A stretch of DNA of 64,000 bases from Dictyostelium discoideum (taxonomy: Eukaryota): NCBI GenBank assembly GCA_000004695.1, contig CM000152.2, positions 1 to 64,000 of the forward strand. Reading direction: 5' to 3'. A program made the position numbers and the translations under genes. The notes below the pieces were generated by a model. That model was given only the letters and a program-made list of their open reading frames with translations. It was not told the DNA's origin and made no database searches. Positions 10,836 to 35,302 of this stretch are shown one piece after another. The first letter of the stretch is position 1, and each line of letters starts with the position of its first letter.

Positions 10836-10988
10836 TTAATTTAATTTTTTATTTTTCAACTGAAAAAATAAAAAATTAAAAATTAAAAATTAAAATTAAA
10901 TGAAATATTTTTACATGGAGATGCGCGAATTTGTTATGTTGTTGAGCTCATACTAACTTTAAATTAATTTAGTTTTGAGTCTCTAACA
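10830..10988 (-). repeat. inverted partial LTR (first about 160 bp of a Skipper LTR) on the minus strand
   Basis: The reverse complement of 10830-10988 matches TGTTAGAGACTCAAAACTAAATTAATTTAAAGTTAGTATGAGCTCAACAACGTAACAAATTCGCGCATCTCCATG... Confidence 0.8.
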
Positions 10989-11159
10989 CATAATATAATG
11001 AATAATAATATTTTTAAAATTCTTTAATTTTTCTCTGCAATTAATGCATGATATGTTTTTTAAATTAATTTTGTTTGCTGGGCGGAAATTAAAAATAATA
11101 TTTTTTTTTTTTTTTTCCTCGAGTTTTTACGGTTTTTTTTTTTTTTTTTTTTTTCATTT

Positions 11160-11300
11160 TATTCAAATTTTAGCAAGTCAATATAGGATTTAGCATTAAG
11201 GTTTATATATTTAGGGATTTACCTTTATATATTTAGGGATTTACTCCATTTTTAAACTAAATGCTAAATCCTATATTGACTTGCTATATTGCTAAAATTT
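11160..11300. repeat. inverted repeat (about 25-bp arms GCAAGTCAATATAGGATTTAGCATT / AATGCTAAATCCTATATTGACTTGC) flanking a 2x direct repeat TTTATATATTTAGGGATTTAC
   Basis: Seen directly in sequence. Possible transposon terminal or hairpin structure. Confidence 0.6.
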
Positions 11301-11439
11301 ATATATATTGAGGGATATCCCCATTTTCAAAAAATGACGGGAACCTATGACCCTGTCTATACCTTTTTAGTTTTTTTTTTTTTTAATTTTCTTAATTTTT
11401 TTTTTTTTTTTATTTTCTTAATTTTTTTTTTTTTAATAA

Positions 11440-11760
11440 ATTTGAAATAAATAGTGTAATAATTGATTTAAAATGCATTTTAAAAAATGTAATTAATAAA
11501 AGCTTAAAAAAGGATTAATAAGTAATTTTAAATTACATTAAAAATAACTTTTTTAAATTTATTATAAAGTGATTAAAACAGTTAAAAACCGCTTTATAAT
11601 AAATTTAAAAGGTCATTTTTAATGTAATTTTAAATGACCTTAAAAATATCTTTAAAACTACCTTTTTAAAAAGCACCATTAAAGCCAATTTAAAGCAAAT
11701 TTAAATTGAATTTGCTTTAAATTGGCTTTAAAGGTGCATTTTTCTTCTCTGTGTATATTT
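11440..11760. repeat. cluster of nested palindromes (for example CTTTAAAGCCAATTTAAAGCAAATTTAAATTGAATTTGCTTTAAATTGGCTTTAAAG)
   Basis: Long perfect or near-perfect palindromes read directly from the sequence. Confidence 0.55.
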
Positions 11761-11860
11761 TTTTTATTTTGAATTTTGAAATTTCATTTGATTTTTGCTC
11801 AAATAAAAGTAAATTATTTTTTTTTACAACTAATTATTTGTTATTGAATAACAATGAATG

Positions 11861-11918
<58 letters not shown>

Positions 11919-12104
11919 AAAAATTAAAAAACTAAAAAATGTTATTTGGTTTTAAAAAAAAAAATCAAAAAAAAAAAAAAAAAATCTTATATTTTAAATA
12001 GATAAACTTTTAAACATTAACTTAATTGTTTTAATTCAAAAAATTTTTGAGGTATACCAAACCAATCTAAAATAACTAATTGGTTTAAAAAAACATTTGG
12101 AAGT

Positions 12105-14409
<2,305 letters not shown>

Positions 14410-14640
14410 TATTTTTGACTTTAATAAAAAAAATAAAAAAAAATAAAAAAAAAAAAATAATTTGAAAAAAAATAAAAAAATAAAAATAAAAAATAAAAAT
14501 AAAAATAAAATTCTTTTATTTCGGGAATTTTGAGAACTATTATCACCACAAAAAAGAAAATTAGATCATATCTTAAGATAGGGTTTTTTTTTTTTTTTTA
14601 AATTTAAATAAATATTTAATTTTTTTTATTTTTTTTTATT

Positions 14641-14787
<147 letters not shown>

Positions 14788-15086
14788 TTTATAAAAAATT
14801 TAGACACTTTTTTTTTTTATACCTTAATTTTCTATTTATTATTTTAATACTGACAATATCAATTACAAAAAACCTCAATTTATTTTTTACATCAAATTTA
14901 ACACCTACATCACCATTGTGATGAAGTTCTTTGGTCAAAAAAATTTTTATTATTTTTATTTTTTTTTTTTTTAAAATTTTTTTTTTTAATTTTTTTTTTT
15001 TAATTTTTTTTTTTTTTAATTTTTTTTCAACACGCACATTTCAACTTTTATATATAACCTAAAAAACCACCCATATACAAAACAAA

Positions 15087-16133
15087 ATGAATAAAACCTT
15101 ATTAGTAGTTTTATTAGCATTAATTTTATGTGTTCAATACAGTTATTCATTTATGTTTGAAGTTAGAGCAGCAGATGAAAAATGTATTGTTGAAGAATTT
15201 AGACAAGACACATTAGTCAATGGTAAGTTTGAAGTCTCTGACAGATTATCTAAAAATATCGCCTTCCAATATGAAGTCGTTATGGCCAGTATGCAAATGA
15301 AATTTTATGTATGTATATTATTATTCATATTTACCTTTTTTTATTTATTTATTTATTTTTATTCTATTTTTATTTATTTATTATAGATTTGGAATATTAA
15401 CATTACTTCTAATTTATTTTAGGTTCGTGGTCCAACTGGTGATTTAATTTTAGTTAACCATGATGCATCAACTGGTGTTATTGCATTCAATGCTCAAGAA
15501 GCAGGTGATTATTCATTCTGTTTCTTGGACAATTACAGACCAGGTAAGAATATTTAAGAAAATATAAATTTAAATATATTTATTCATACTAACAACAAAA
15601 TTATTTTCTTTTTCTTTTTTTCTTTTTCTTTTTTTCACTTTTACAATTCAATATAATTCAATTTTCAAAATTATTTTATTTAAAAATAAAAAACAAACTT
15701 TATTTTTTTTTATTTTTTTTTATAAATCAAAATCTTATGAAACAACAATTTAAACTATGGTGATTAATAAATTATAATAATAATAAAAATAACTATAAAT
15801 AATAAAACAGGTGCACAAGCAATGCCATTAAGTAGAACAGTATCATTAGAGATTAAAACAGGTGTCGAAGCAAATGATTATTCAGATGTTATCACTAAAG
15901 GTCAATTAAAACCATCAGAAATTGAACTTAAAAAGATTGAAGATGTTGTAGACTCAATTAAAGTTGAAATCTTATACATGAAGAACAGAGAAGAAACAAT
16001 GAGAAACACAAATGAATCTACCAACTCTAGAGTTGCTAATTTATCAATTTTTTGTTTCTTTGTTTTAATTGGCTCTGCAGCTTTCCAAATTAATTATTTG
16101 AAACGTTACTTCAAACAAAGAAAATTAATTTAA
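15087..16133 (+). CDS. p24/emp24 (TMED) cargo-receptor family protein, three exons
   Basis: Exon 1 is 15087..15308 (signal peptide MNKTLLVVLLALILCVQ, GOLD-domain start FMFEVRAADEKCIVEEF). Donor GTATGT. Exon 2 is 15423..15543 (VRGPTGDLILVNHDASTG...FCFLDNYRPG). Donor GTAAGA. Exon 3 is 15811..16133 (coiled region, TM segment, C-terminal KRYFKQRKLI). Exon 1/2 junction is moderately confident. Confidence 0.75.
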
Positions 16134-16265
16134 ATAAAAAAAATAAAAAAAACCTTTTAAAAATAATAAACTATAATAATAATAATAATAATAATATAAT
16201 AATAATTGTAATAATAATAATAATAGTAATAATAATATTAAATATAATAAGATACTTAATTTTAA

Positions 16266-16296
<31 letters not shown>

Positions 16297-16339
16297 ATTC
16301 TTTGTACATAATAATAAATTTATTTTTTATTTTCATTTA

Positions 16340-20096
<3,757 letters not shown>

Positions 20097-20104
20097 ATCA
20101 GTTT

Positions 20105-20124
20105 TTATACTGTTGTTATTGTCG

Positions 20125-20223
<99 letters not shown>

Positions 20224-20338
20224 TATTATTACCATTAGAAATTCTCCTTATTTTTATGGGTTTTCTTGGTTTGTTATAATCAGTTTCAATTTCACTTGAA
20301 TCACTCTCACTATTGGAGTCACTATCGGAATCACTATA

Positions 20339-20431
<93 letters not shown>

Positions 20432-20956
20432 GTTGATTTTAGTTTTATTATTATCACTTTTATCAGAATCTGTTGAAATAGATCCAATTAATCTTTGAGC
20501 TTTAATAATTGGAGATGGATGCAAAAATGTGATTGGTTGAGTTATTGGTTTAAACGAGTTTGTGGTTATTTTTATATCACTTTCACAGTCACTATCACTA
20601 CTTTTATTTCGTTCCTTATATTTAAATTTGTTGCTATTTTTATTTTTGATTTTGTTTTTATTTTTGGTTTCACTTTCGTCACTACTACTACCATCATCAC
20701 TACTGCTATCAATACTACTACTACTACTACTGCTATCACTACTGCTATCACTTTTATCAATGCTATAATGTTTATTTTTAATTGGTTTATTTTTGTAATT
20801 ATATACTATATTATTTTTAACAGGTGGAGATTCTTTTATTTTCGGTTTTTTATTAACTTCATTTTTTGGTGTGATTTTAGTGTTTGTTTTTGTGCTTGTT
20901 GATGCAATAGGTTTGGAGGATGTAGATTTTACACTGTAGTTATGAACTTGAGTATA

Positions 20957-20994
<38 letters not shown>

Positions 20995-21157
20995 GGTTTT
21001 TAGAGTTGATGTTTACATTTTTATTATAGTGATGGTATTGCTCATCATCACTATAATGAATTGACCTCTTTAATAAAGTGACATTACTGACCATGGATTT
21101 CCCACCATTATCAGAATCTGAGTCACCCAAAATATCAATTTCCTCCTCTTCCTCCAT
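20105..21157 (-). CDS. Ser/Asp/Lys-rich low-complexity ORF (350 aa), possibly the true 5' end of the MYSM1-like gene
   Basis: ATG-initiated ([19 protein letters not shown]...). Its stop lies only 8 bp upstream of the MYSM1-like start. The ORF ends by reading an (ATT)n tract as poly-Ile after a 1-nt irregularity (attattattatattatt) at about 20190; the poly-Asn frame is restored into the MYSM1 frame by a 1-nt indel there. Confidence 0.5.
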
Positions 21158-21215
21158 TTTTAACTTTTTACTATTTATAAGGAAAGAGTTGAGATGTTTT
21201 TACAAAGGGGGTAAG

Positions 21216-21249
<34 letters not shown>

Positions 21250-21939
21250 AAAAAAAAAAAAAAAAAAAGAAAAACGAACGTTAACGTTTTGGTCAAAAAA
21301 AAAAAAAAAAAAAAAAAAAAATTAAATTAAAAAAAAAATTAAATTAAATTACAAAAAAAAAAAAAATTAAATTAAAAAAAAATAAACCTGTTTTACCTTT
21401 TTTACTTTTGATAATAATTTTTATTTTCAAATACTTCTTGAGATCACATCAAAAATGCCGTTTTGGCATAAACAAAAAAAAAAAAGAATTGTACAATTTC
21501 CTGTTTTGTGTAATTTTAAAAATAAAAAAAAATAAATTAATTAAATCTGGTATTATTATTTCAAACATTAAAGACATTTAAAAAAAAAAAAAATAATAAA
21601 TATACCAATTCAATCATATCAATTTTTTTAATCTATTTTTTAATAAAAAATATATTCACTCATTTTTCTTTAAAATAAAAAAAAAAACAATTACAAAAAA
21701 TGAACAAAAAAGAATAAAATTATAAAAATAAAATTTTGGTAAAAAAAAAAAAAAATTCCCAAAACAGAATGGTTTATTCATTTTATATTTTATACCATTT
21801 TGTGTATTTTTGGGTGCTTTGTTTTATTAACTAAATTCATTTAAAAATAAAATTAAAAAGAAATAAAAAGAAATTAATAGATATTATGTTTAACCTTTTT
21901 TTTTTTTATGTGGTGCTTTTTGGATGTTTTAATTAATAT

Positions 21940-21984
<45 letters not shown>

Positions 21985-22081
21985 TTTTTTTTTTATTTTT
22001 ATTTTTTATTTTTTATTTTTATTTTTTTTTCTAGGCATTTTCCCTTTTTTTTATTCATTAAGTAAAAGAAAAGAAATAAAT

Positions 22082-25453
<3,372 letters not shown>

Positions 25454-25790
25454 TTTTTTTTTTGTTATTTTTTATTTTTTTTAATTTTTTTTTTTTTAAA
25501 TAATATTAATTTAATAATAAATAACTAATAAGGATTTGTTATACAATATTTTTTAAAATTTTTTTTTTTAATCATTTTTATTATTTTACAAACAAAATAA
25601 AAGATATTTTTTTCCAACGTTGGGGCATTAAAATGATTTTTTTTTTTTTTTTTTTTATTTTTTTTTTTTTGATTATTTTTTTTTTTTTTTTTTTTTTAAC
25701 TCAAAATAACACCAATTTTAATAATAAATAATAATAAATATTTACATTATTTTTTATTTAAAAATTTTTGTACTTTTTTTTTGATTGGTA

Positions 25791-26448
25791 GCTCCCATTA
25801 AATATTTCGTTTTTTTTAAAAAACAGCATTAAAGATAAAAGATTTTTAAAAAAAATCAAAATAGATAATAGTAATAATTTAGATGAAATAAATGAAAATT
25901 TATTTTATGGAAAGATTTGGAAGAACATAGTAATAAAAAATAAAATATTATCATTTTTAGAGATAAAGACATCTGGATTATTACCAAAATATAGAGGAAA
26001 AAAGATAAAATTAGTTAATGAACAATTAAATTTAAAGAATAGAGATTGTTTTAAACCCTTAATAAAAAACGATAGATATTTCAAATATGATGAAATATTT
26101 AATGTTTGTAGAATGCTATTATATGGTAATAAAGAATTATTTAGATATAAAGTGACAAGAAATGAAAAAGATTCACTCTATTTTCAAGATGGAGATATTA
26201 ATGTTATTCTTCAAAAATGTAAAGATCAAGATAAAGATTATAAATTGTTTCAAGATCTTTTTATTAATTATTTTCATTACTTCTTTCCAAATACTATCGA
26301 AACAAATAACCTCTTAAATTTGATTATCAAACATGATAATTTAATTGCTTTCAAAGTTTTTTTAACCATTATTAATCCAATCATTACAAAAAAAACAATA
26401 ATAGATGCAATTAAATTTGGTGCTGTTGATATTGTTACTCATCTTTCA

Positions 26449-26514
<66 letters not shown>

Positions 26515-27156
26515 TATAATAATAGTAATAATAATAATTACATGTATCTAAGTGAAGATGATATTGTTAAATTATTAGAATTTATAATAAATAAAAACAA
26601 TTGTTTTGGTAGTGAAAAAGAAAATGATTGTTTTTTGATATTTTCTAATGATTCCATAAATGATTTTGGATTTAAACAAAATAATGATATTGATTTTAGT
26701 AATTTAAATATTATTAGATTTTTTAAACGTTCTATTGAATGTTTTAAAAAATTAAATATAAAAATACCAAATCAACTTTTAAACCCAATAAAATATTATA
26801 TATTTTCAGGATTTAATGAAAATGGTAGTCAACGTACTTCTTTACTCGATATTACATTGGAATTCTTAATTGAATTATATGAAGCAGTTCATTATTTATC
26901 ACCATTGTTTTTGGAATCACCAGCAGATCAAACTTACAAAAGTTGTTACCAATCAACTAATATGGTTTTATCAAATGAGGAATTTCAATCTATAAAGAAT
27001 TCATTCACAAAAATTGAATTAAAATCATTATTAAAAGATTTAGATTATTCTGATAAAATTGAAATATTATTTAGAAATGTTTCAATGGTTTCAAATATTA
27101 ATCCAAATGATTATAATTTAAAATATTGTAAAAATCAAATTTATTATTTAAAATAA
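25791..27156 (+). pseudogene. N-terminal half of a paralog of the 32996..35686 gene (disrupted copy)
   Basis: Frame open from 25791 (after TAG) to 27156. It aligns with residues about 10-430 of the intact paralog (KIWKNIVIKNKILSFLEIKTS, YGNKELFRYKV, IAFKVFL..., SMVSNINPNDY). There is no in-frame ATG until 26113 (MLLYGNKE), so the homologous start codon is lost. The sequence that follows is an inverted duplicated fragment. Confidence 0.6.
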
Positions 27157-27478
27157 TTGTATTAAAATCTTGAATTTCTTCTTTTGTAAAGTTTTTGTTT
27201 GATTCTGACATGGCATTTGTCACTTTTTCGAGACCAAATTCTTCTTCACCTATTCTTTCCAATAAATGATGATCAGGATCATAAAGATCTTGATAATTTC
27301 GATGATCACGTTCACCTGGATTATTAAAATAATCGATATCATTCAATGCTTTTGATAATTGATTTGAATGGAATAAATAACTGAATAATGTTTTATTCAG
27401 TGGTTGAATACATCTACCAGATTTTAAATCATAATCTCTATTTTCAAAAATCCATGCTAAAATCTCTGGATTTGATAA
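27155..27478 (-). repeat. inverted segmental duplication of 28420..28738 (about 320 bp, about 100% identity) inserted between the two gene halves
   Basis: The reverse complement of 27155-27478 equals the internal coding segment ...CIQPLNKTLFSYLFHSNQLSKALNDIDYFNNPGERDHRNYQDLYDPDHHLLERIGEEEFGLEKVTNAMSESNKNFTKEEIQDFNTI of the downstream fragment. The track ORF 27098..27346(-) reads it. Confidence 0.85.
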
Positions 27479-27482
27479 AAGG

Positions 27483-29204
<1,722 letters not shown>

Positions 29205-29761
29205 GGAGGAATTAAAAGGAAAGTGATGAAGAATATGAAGGAAAGGATAATGAAATATAATAAAAATTAAACTCAATGAAAGATAGATGCTGAATATGGG
29301 TGGAAGAAGTTAGTGGTATGGATTTGATTAAAAAAATAAAATAAAATCAATAAAATAAAATAAAATAAATAAAATAAAATAAAAAGGAATTTAATAAATA
29401 AAAATATTAAAAAATTTATTAAAAATATTAAATAAAATTTTATTAAAAATTTATTCCTCTATTGGAATAAACAATAAAGGAAAAAAAAAATTTTAAACAA
29501 GTATCTAATATTATAAATTTTTTTTAAAAAAGAGTAGGCAATAGATGTAATAAATTAAGACAAGAAATAATAATAAATAATAGTCACTATTATTATTATT
29601 TATGGCAAGGTAAATAAATAAATTTTTGAAAAAAAAAAAAAAAATTATTATTATAGCAAAAATTGATTATTTATTTGTATATTTTTTTTTTTTTTAATCT
29701 TTTAAATTAAGGAGATGAAAATAGTATAAAGTTGTTTTTTCCTGTTTTTTTGGTATACTAT

Positions 29762-30530
29762 CTATTGGCTATTTAACAATTTAGAATTCAATGTTTTTTC
29801 TTCTAAAATGAGGTCAAATATTTTATTTAAATATTTATTTTTTTGAATTTGTATTTCCTTTAATCTCTCCTTTGTTTGAAATTCTGTTTGATTCAAATGT
29901 TTTAATAGGTGTGGATTAATGGTATGACTAACTTGATTTGGTTGAATGTTTTGGTTTTGGTATCTTGGTTGTTCTTGTGGAGGAATTTGGTTTATTTGAG
30001 AATGAACAAGGTGTTGAGATGTTTGAATTGGGTTTTGATTTCTTAGTTGTTCTTGTGGAGGAATTTGGTTTATTTGTGAATGAACAAGGTGTTGAGATGT
30101 TTGAATTGGATTTTGGGCAAAATAACTGCTTTGATATTGTTGATTGAGATCATCATTACAATTCATTAAATAACCTATTTGTGATGGCTTTTCATTTGTT
30201 TGTTTCCTTTGATAACAATATCTGTCATTATTTTTTATTGGGTGCTGTTGAGATTGTGATTGAACTTGTATTTGTGATTGAAGTTCTTTTGTTTCATAAC
30301 CAACATTTTGATTACAATTATTATTATTGTTTGCATTGTTTTGAATTTTATATTCAGAATAGTTTGAGCTTTTGTTGGTTGAGTGGGAGGTTAACTTATT
30401 GGCAACACTAATACTACTATCAGAAGATTGGTAAAATACAGTGGATTTTTTCTTTTCGATTGCAACAATAAATTCATTTAATTTATTAATAAATAAATCT
30501 GCTAAATCTCTAGTATCTTCATAATCCATT
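29762..30530 (-). CDS. hypothetical Gln/Asn-rich protein (first ATG at 30530; the track start 30559 is TTG)
   Basis: About 255-aa ORF with an internal 66-bp tandem duplication (NPIQTSQHLVHSQINQIPPQEQ x2). No recognisable domain. Confidence 0.4.
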
Positions 30531-30630
30531 TTCCAGCATTGGAATTGCAAATCTTTCAAAGTTGAATGAAGTTGATTAACAATATTAAGATTAGTATTTA
30601 AATAATAATAAAAAAAATATTAACATGTTA

Positions 30631-31790
30631 ATATCCAAACCAGTAAAAAATGTTTTCTTGATGGGAGAAACAGTAAGTTTTATCAAATAGGATAAAAATA
30701 AGTAATAATAAAAATTATTTTAATAGATTTTATTTACTATGATAATAGGGTAGTGGCAAAACATCTTTTATCAATTTAATTACCAATTATTGTAGAAAAG
30801 GAGAATTGAGAAAACCAAAAATATCAATTCCAACAAAATTTCACAAAGCCACTGAAAATTTTGATCATGATGAAAATGATGTCACCGATAGTAAAACAAG
30901 TAAAACAACAAAATGTTTGTGTTACTCTTTTGATATGGGCGATTTCATTTTGAATATCATTGATAGCCCAGGGCTAAATGATACTAGAGGAAAAGAACAA
31001 GATGAAATTAATATTAAATTGATTTTAAAAACCATTTCAGACTTGGGTCAAATTTCTGCCATTGTAGTTGTAGTAAATGGAACCAATCAAGATTAACAGT
31101 GAATCTTAACTATGTTCTAGTTAGAATTAAAGGCAATCTTCCAGACTCAATTGTCAAATCGCTATGTTTTGTTTTAACCAATTGTTGGGAGCACGATTCA
31201 AACTTTGATCTTTCATCAATCCAAGAATTTTTAAAACAAATGTTGATGCACCCTATTATAGTACCTTATGTAGTATTTGTGATGTAGTTTGCCATGACCA
31301 TTGTAATTTAAATGAAACAACCTGAATAGGTAGCCAAATATTCCAAAGATGCTATTGTATTTCTTCTAATAATTGTCGTATTTGCCCAAAAAATTGCCAT
31401 TTCAACTCTCACTATCATGCCCGTAAGACAATGAAGAAAGTCACTGTTACAATGGACTTAGTTTTGCACGATGTTAAAGCTCAATATGATTTGGCTACCA
31501 AAGGAACCAAAGATACTAAAACAAGAATCAACACTGTTGAAAACAGCAAAAAAACTATTGAGGCTGCCATTAAACAAAAAGGTTTGTCAATCTTTGACGA
31601 GTGTAAAAAAATTAAATCACTCTGTTCTGGTTTCAATTGTAGAGGAATTGAATTGTTTAATCCAACAAATGGAGATGGAATCTGCAAGCATTATCAACCT
31701 TGAAGTTAGAAATCAATCTGATGACTTTATAAAATCACTAGCTACTTTGGCTGACATCTTATCAAACCAAAAATCTCCATAGGTTATAGG
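30631..31790 (+). pseudogene. frameshifted P-loop GTPase pseudogene (septin/IRG/AIG1-like G domain)
   Basis: ATG at 30631 (MLISKPVKNVFLMGETG), a GTAAGT intron to about 30766, then G1 GSGKTSFINLITNYC and G3 IIDSPGLNDTRG. The exon junction is off by 1 nt. Coding-like sequence continues in three different frames (ORFs 30806-31096, 31099-31287, 31431-31703, 31471-31782) separated by 2-nt gaps, which indicates decay. Confidence 0.6.
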
Positions 31791-32369
31791 TTATAGATTG
31801 TTTTAAATTTTATCTTATAAAAAATAATAAAATGATGTATTTAAATGTAAATTTTTTATTAATATTATAAATTCTTTTATTTATTAATTTAGTATTTGAA
31901 ATTATTTATGGGTTTTTGATAATATCTATTAATATCTTTTTTTTTAATTATCTATTTAAGTTTTATCTAATTTAATGCCAAGATAAAATAGCAAGGTAAA
32001 TTTTTAAAATATTATTACATCAATTTTTTATTAATTTTATTTTTTGAGTGAAATTTTATGGGTGAAATTAGATGATTTAAAATTATTTTTTTTTTTTTTT
32101 TTTCACACTCTTATTAACCCAAATATTTAATTGCATTTAAAACTACACAATTCTGTTCCAAAAATAATTAATTATGATACAATCCACTGATGGTTCTAAC
32201 AAATAATAATGCTTAGATGGCAACAAATAAAAAATAAAATAAAAAATTTTTTGGGAATTTTTTTTTTTTTTTTTTTTTTTTAATATTTTTTTTTTTTTTT
32301 TTTTTCAACAATAAAAAAGAATTTTATTTTTTTTATTTTTTTTTTTTTTCAGATCTGCAGATATTTAAA

Positions 32370-32788
32370 ATGATTGGTATAGTTTCAAAATTAATAAGAC
32401 AAGGCACGGGTAAACAAGCATTAAAAGGTAACCTTGTTACAGTTCACTATACTGGTAAACTCGACAATAATGAAGGTAAAAAGTTTGATTCATCAAGAGA
32501 TAGATCCACACCATTCTCTTTTGTTTTAGGTAATAGTCAAGTCATCAAAGGATGGGATGAGGGTGTATTAAATAAAAAAGAAGGTATGGTTATATTTAGT
32601 TGATAATACATTATTTATTACAATCTCTTTAATGGTACTAATTTTTTTACTTTATATTAACCCAAGGTGACCTCATTGAACTTACCATCCCACCAGAGTT
32701 TGGATACGGAAATCGTGCTATTGGCCCAATTCCTGCAGGAAGTACACTTTTCTTTGAAGTTGAGCTCTTAAAAGTTGACCAAAAATAA
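32370..32788 (+). CDS. FKBP12-type peptidyl-prolyl cis-trans isomerase, two exons
   Basis: Exon 1 is 32370..32583 ([53 protein letters not shown]). Intron 32584..32666 (GTATGG..AG). Exon 2 is 32667..32788 ([39 protein letters not shown]). Canonical FKBP fold motifs are present. Confidence 0.85.
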
Positions 32789-32995
32789 ATAAAATCTCTC
32801 ATAAAAAAAAAAATAAAAAAAAAATAAAAATAATAAGAATAATAAAAAAAAAAATTACAAGAATTTAAAAGCTCACCACGGGTTAGATATTTTCGTTCGT
32901 GGAATGATATTTTTTTAAAAACTGTTTTTTTTTTTTTTTTTTTTTGAAAAATGTTTTTTTTTTTTTATTTTTCTTAAAAAAAAATAACACCAACA

Positions 32996-35253
32996 ATGTC
33001 ATCATCAATAATTGATAAAAGAGAAACAAAAAAAATTAAAATTGATAATAAAGATTTAAAGTTTAGTTCAGATAATATTTTCTATGAAAAGATTTGGAAG
33101 AACATAGTAATAAAGAATAAAATATTATCATTTTTAGAAATAAAGACATCTAGATTATTGGCAAAATATAAAAGTAATAAAATTAAACTCGTTAATAATA
33201 ATTTAGAATTGGATCATTCGCTATCAAAGACATTATATGGAGAAAAGAAATATTTCAAATATGATGAAATGATTAGTGTTGAAAAGATGTTAAAATATGG
33301 CAACAAAGAATTATTTAGGTATAAAGTATCTAGAAATGAAAAGGAATCAATGGTTTTCTCTGAAAATGATTCATATCGTATCTTTCAAAAATTTAAAGAC
33401 CAATTTAAAGATTATCAATTCTTTCAAGATCTATTTAATAACTATTCAAATTATTTCAAACCGAATCAACTTTTCGATATAGTAATAATATGTGATAATA
33501 TAATTGCTTTCAAAATTATAATAAATAAATTAAATACCATCATTTCACCCGAATTATTAAAATATTCTATAAAATGTGGTGCAATTGATATAGTCAAATA
33601 TCTTTTAAATATAATACAATCAAATAATAATAATAATTTAAAAATTGAATCATTTAAATTAAATGAAATAGAAATTATTAAAATTTTAGATGAAACGATT
33701 AAACCTAAATTTAGAGAAAGATTAAATAGGTTTTATGATAGTGATGAAAGGTATAATTTTTCAAACGATGATACTTTAAATGATTTTGGATTTAAATCAA
33801 ATTCAAGGGACGAATTCAATGTATTATATGATGTTTATAAAAATAAAAGAGTTTTTCTCTGTTTATTGAATATAGGAGTTACAATACCAACTAAAACTAG
33901 CAAAACCATTGAATGTTTATATAGTTTACATTCATTTGAAATTGATGGTTGTTTTTCAATTCTTCAACTGACATTAGAGTTTCTATTGGAATTATGTGAA
34001 ACCATTTACTATTTATCAGCATTGGTAGTTAAAGGTAATGATGGTATTGAATGCTCCAATAAAATTCAACAATTATTACCATTTGAAAAGTTTCAAACAT
34101 CAATAAAGAATTCATTCAATCAACAAGAATTAAAATTAACATTAAAACAACTGTATAGTAAATCAGAAAAAGTACAAGTAGAAATAATTCAACTTTTAAT
34201 TAAATCACTTTCAATGGTTTCTTATATTGATCGTAAAGATTATGAATTTAATGATCTTGAAAATGATATTCTCATTGATAAAGATGAAAGAATTCTAATA
34301 GAACTAGTTAATAATAATAATAATTCACAAAATGATGATTGTCAACATTTATTTAAATCTTTGAAATCAACAAAACATTTTGATATTCTTTATTCAAATG
34401 ATTACTATAAATCAAAATTTCAAATTCAATTTTTATTAAATTCATTTTACGATCTAAGCATTGATAGTTATTTATATAATCATCATGATATCTATGAAAA
34501 ACATTTAATGCTAATTTTATATCATTTCAAAATAAAATATCCAAATGATTATTATAATCAAATTAGTAAATTAGATTTCTTAAAAAATAAAAAACTACTT
34601 TCAAATGATTTCATTTGTAAAAATTATCAAGATTTTAAAGAGAATATTTTAAAATGTAATCAAAATAATAATAATAATAATAATGGCGAAGGATATTGGT
34701 CAACTTATTTTAAAGAACTTGAATTTTTAAATAGTCCATACCATGAAATTACCTTATCAACTCATTTGAGTTTAAATCAATTTATTTCAATTTTAGAATT
34801 AACTCCAGCTCAACAACAGTATAGTTGTTTATCAAATCCAGAGATTTTAGCATGGATTTTTGAAAATAGAGATTATGATTTAAAATCTGGTAGATGTATT
34901 CAACCACTGAATAAAACATTATTCAGTTATTTATTCCATTCAAATCAATTATCAAAAGCATTGAATGATATCGATTATTTTAATAATCCAGGTGAACGTG
35001 ATCATCGAAATTATCAAGATCTTTATGATCCTGATCATCATTTATTTGAAAGAATAAGTGAAGATGATGAGAATTTTGCTTTGAGAGAACTTTTATATAA
35101 ATTAAAATTAAAAAAATTAGAAAATCAAGGTGTTGATAGATACAATACACTTTTCAAAATATCTTTATTGAATGAAAGTGCAGTAGATAAAATTGTTAAA
35201 TTTAATTATTTAGACGATTTAGAAATAGTTTATAATTTTATAAATAAAATCAC

Positions 35254-35302
<49 letters not shown>

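Noticed and set aside
31099-31782. Separate small ORFs 31099-31287, 31431-31703 and 31471-31782
   Set aside because: They are contiguous coding-like pieces of the same decayed GTPase gene in different frames, not independent genes.
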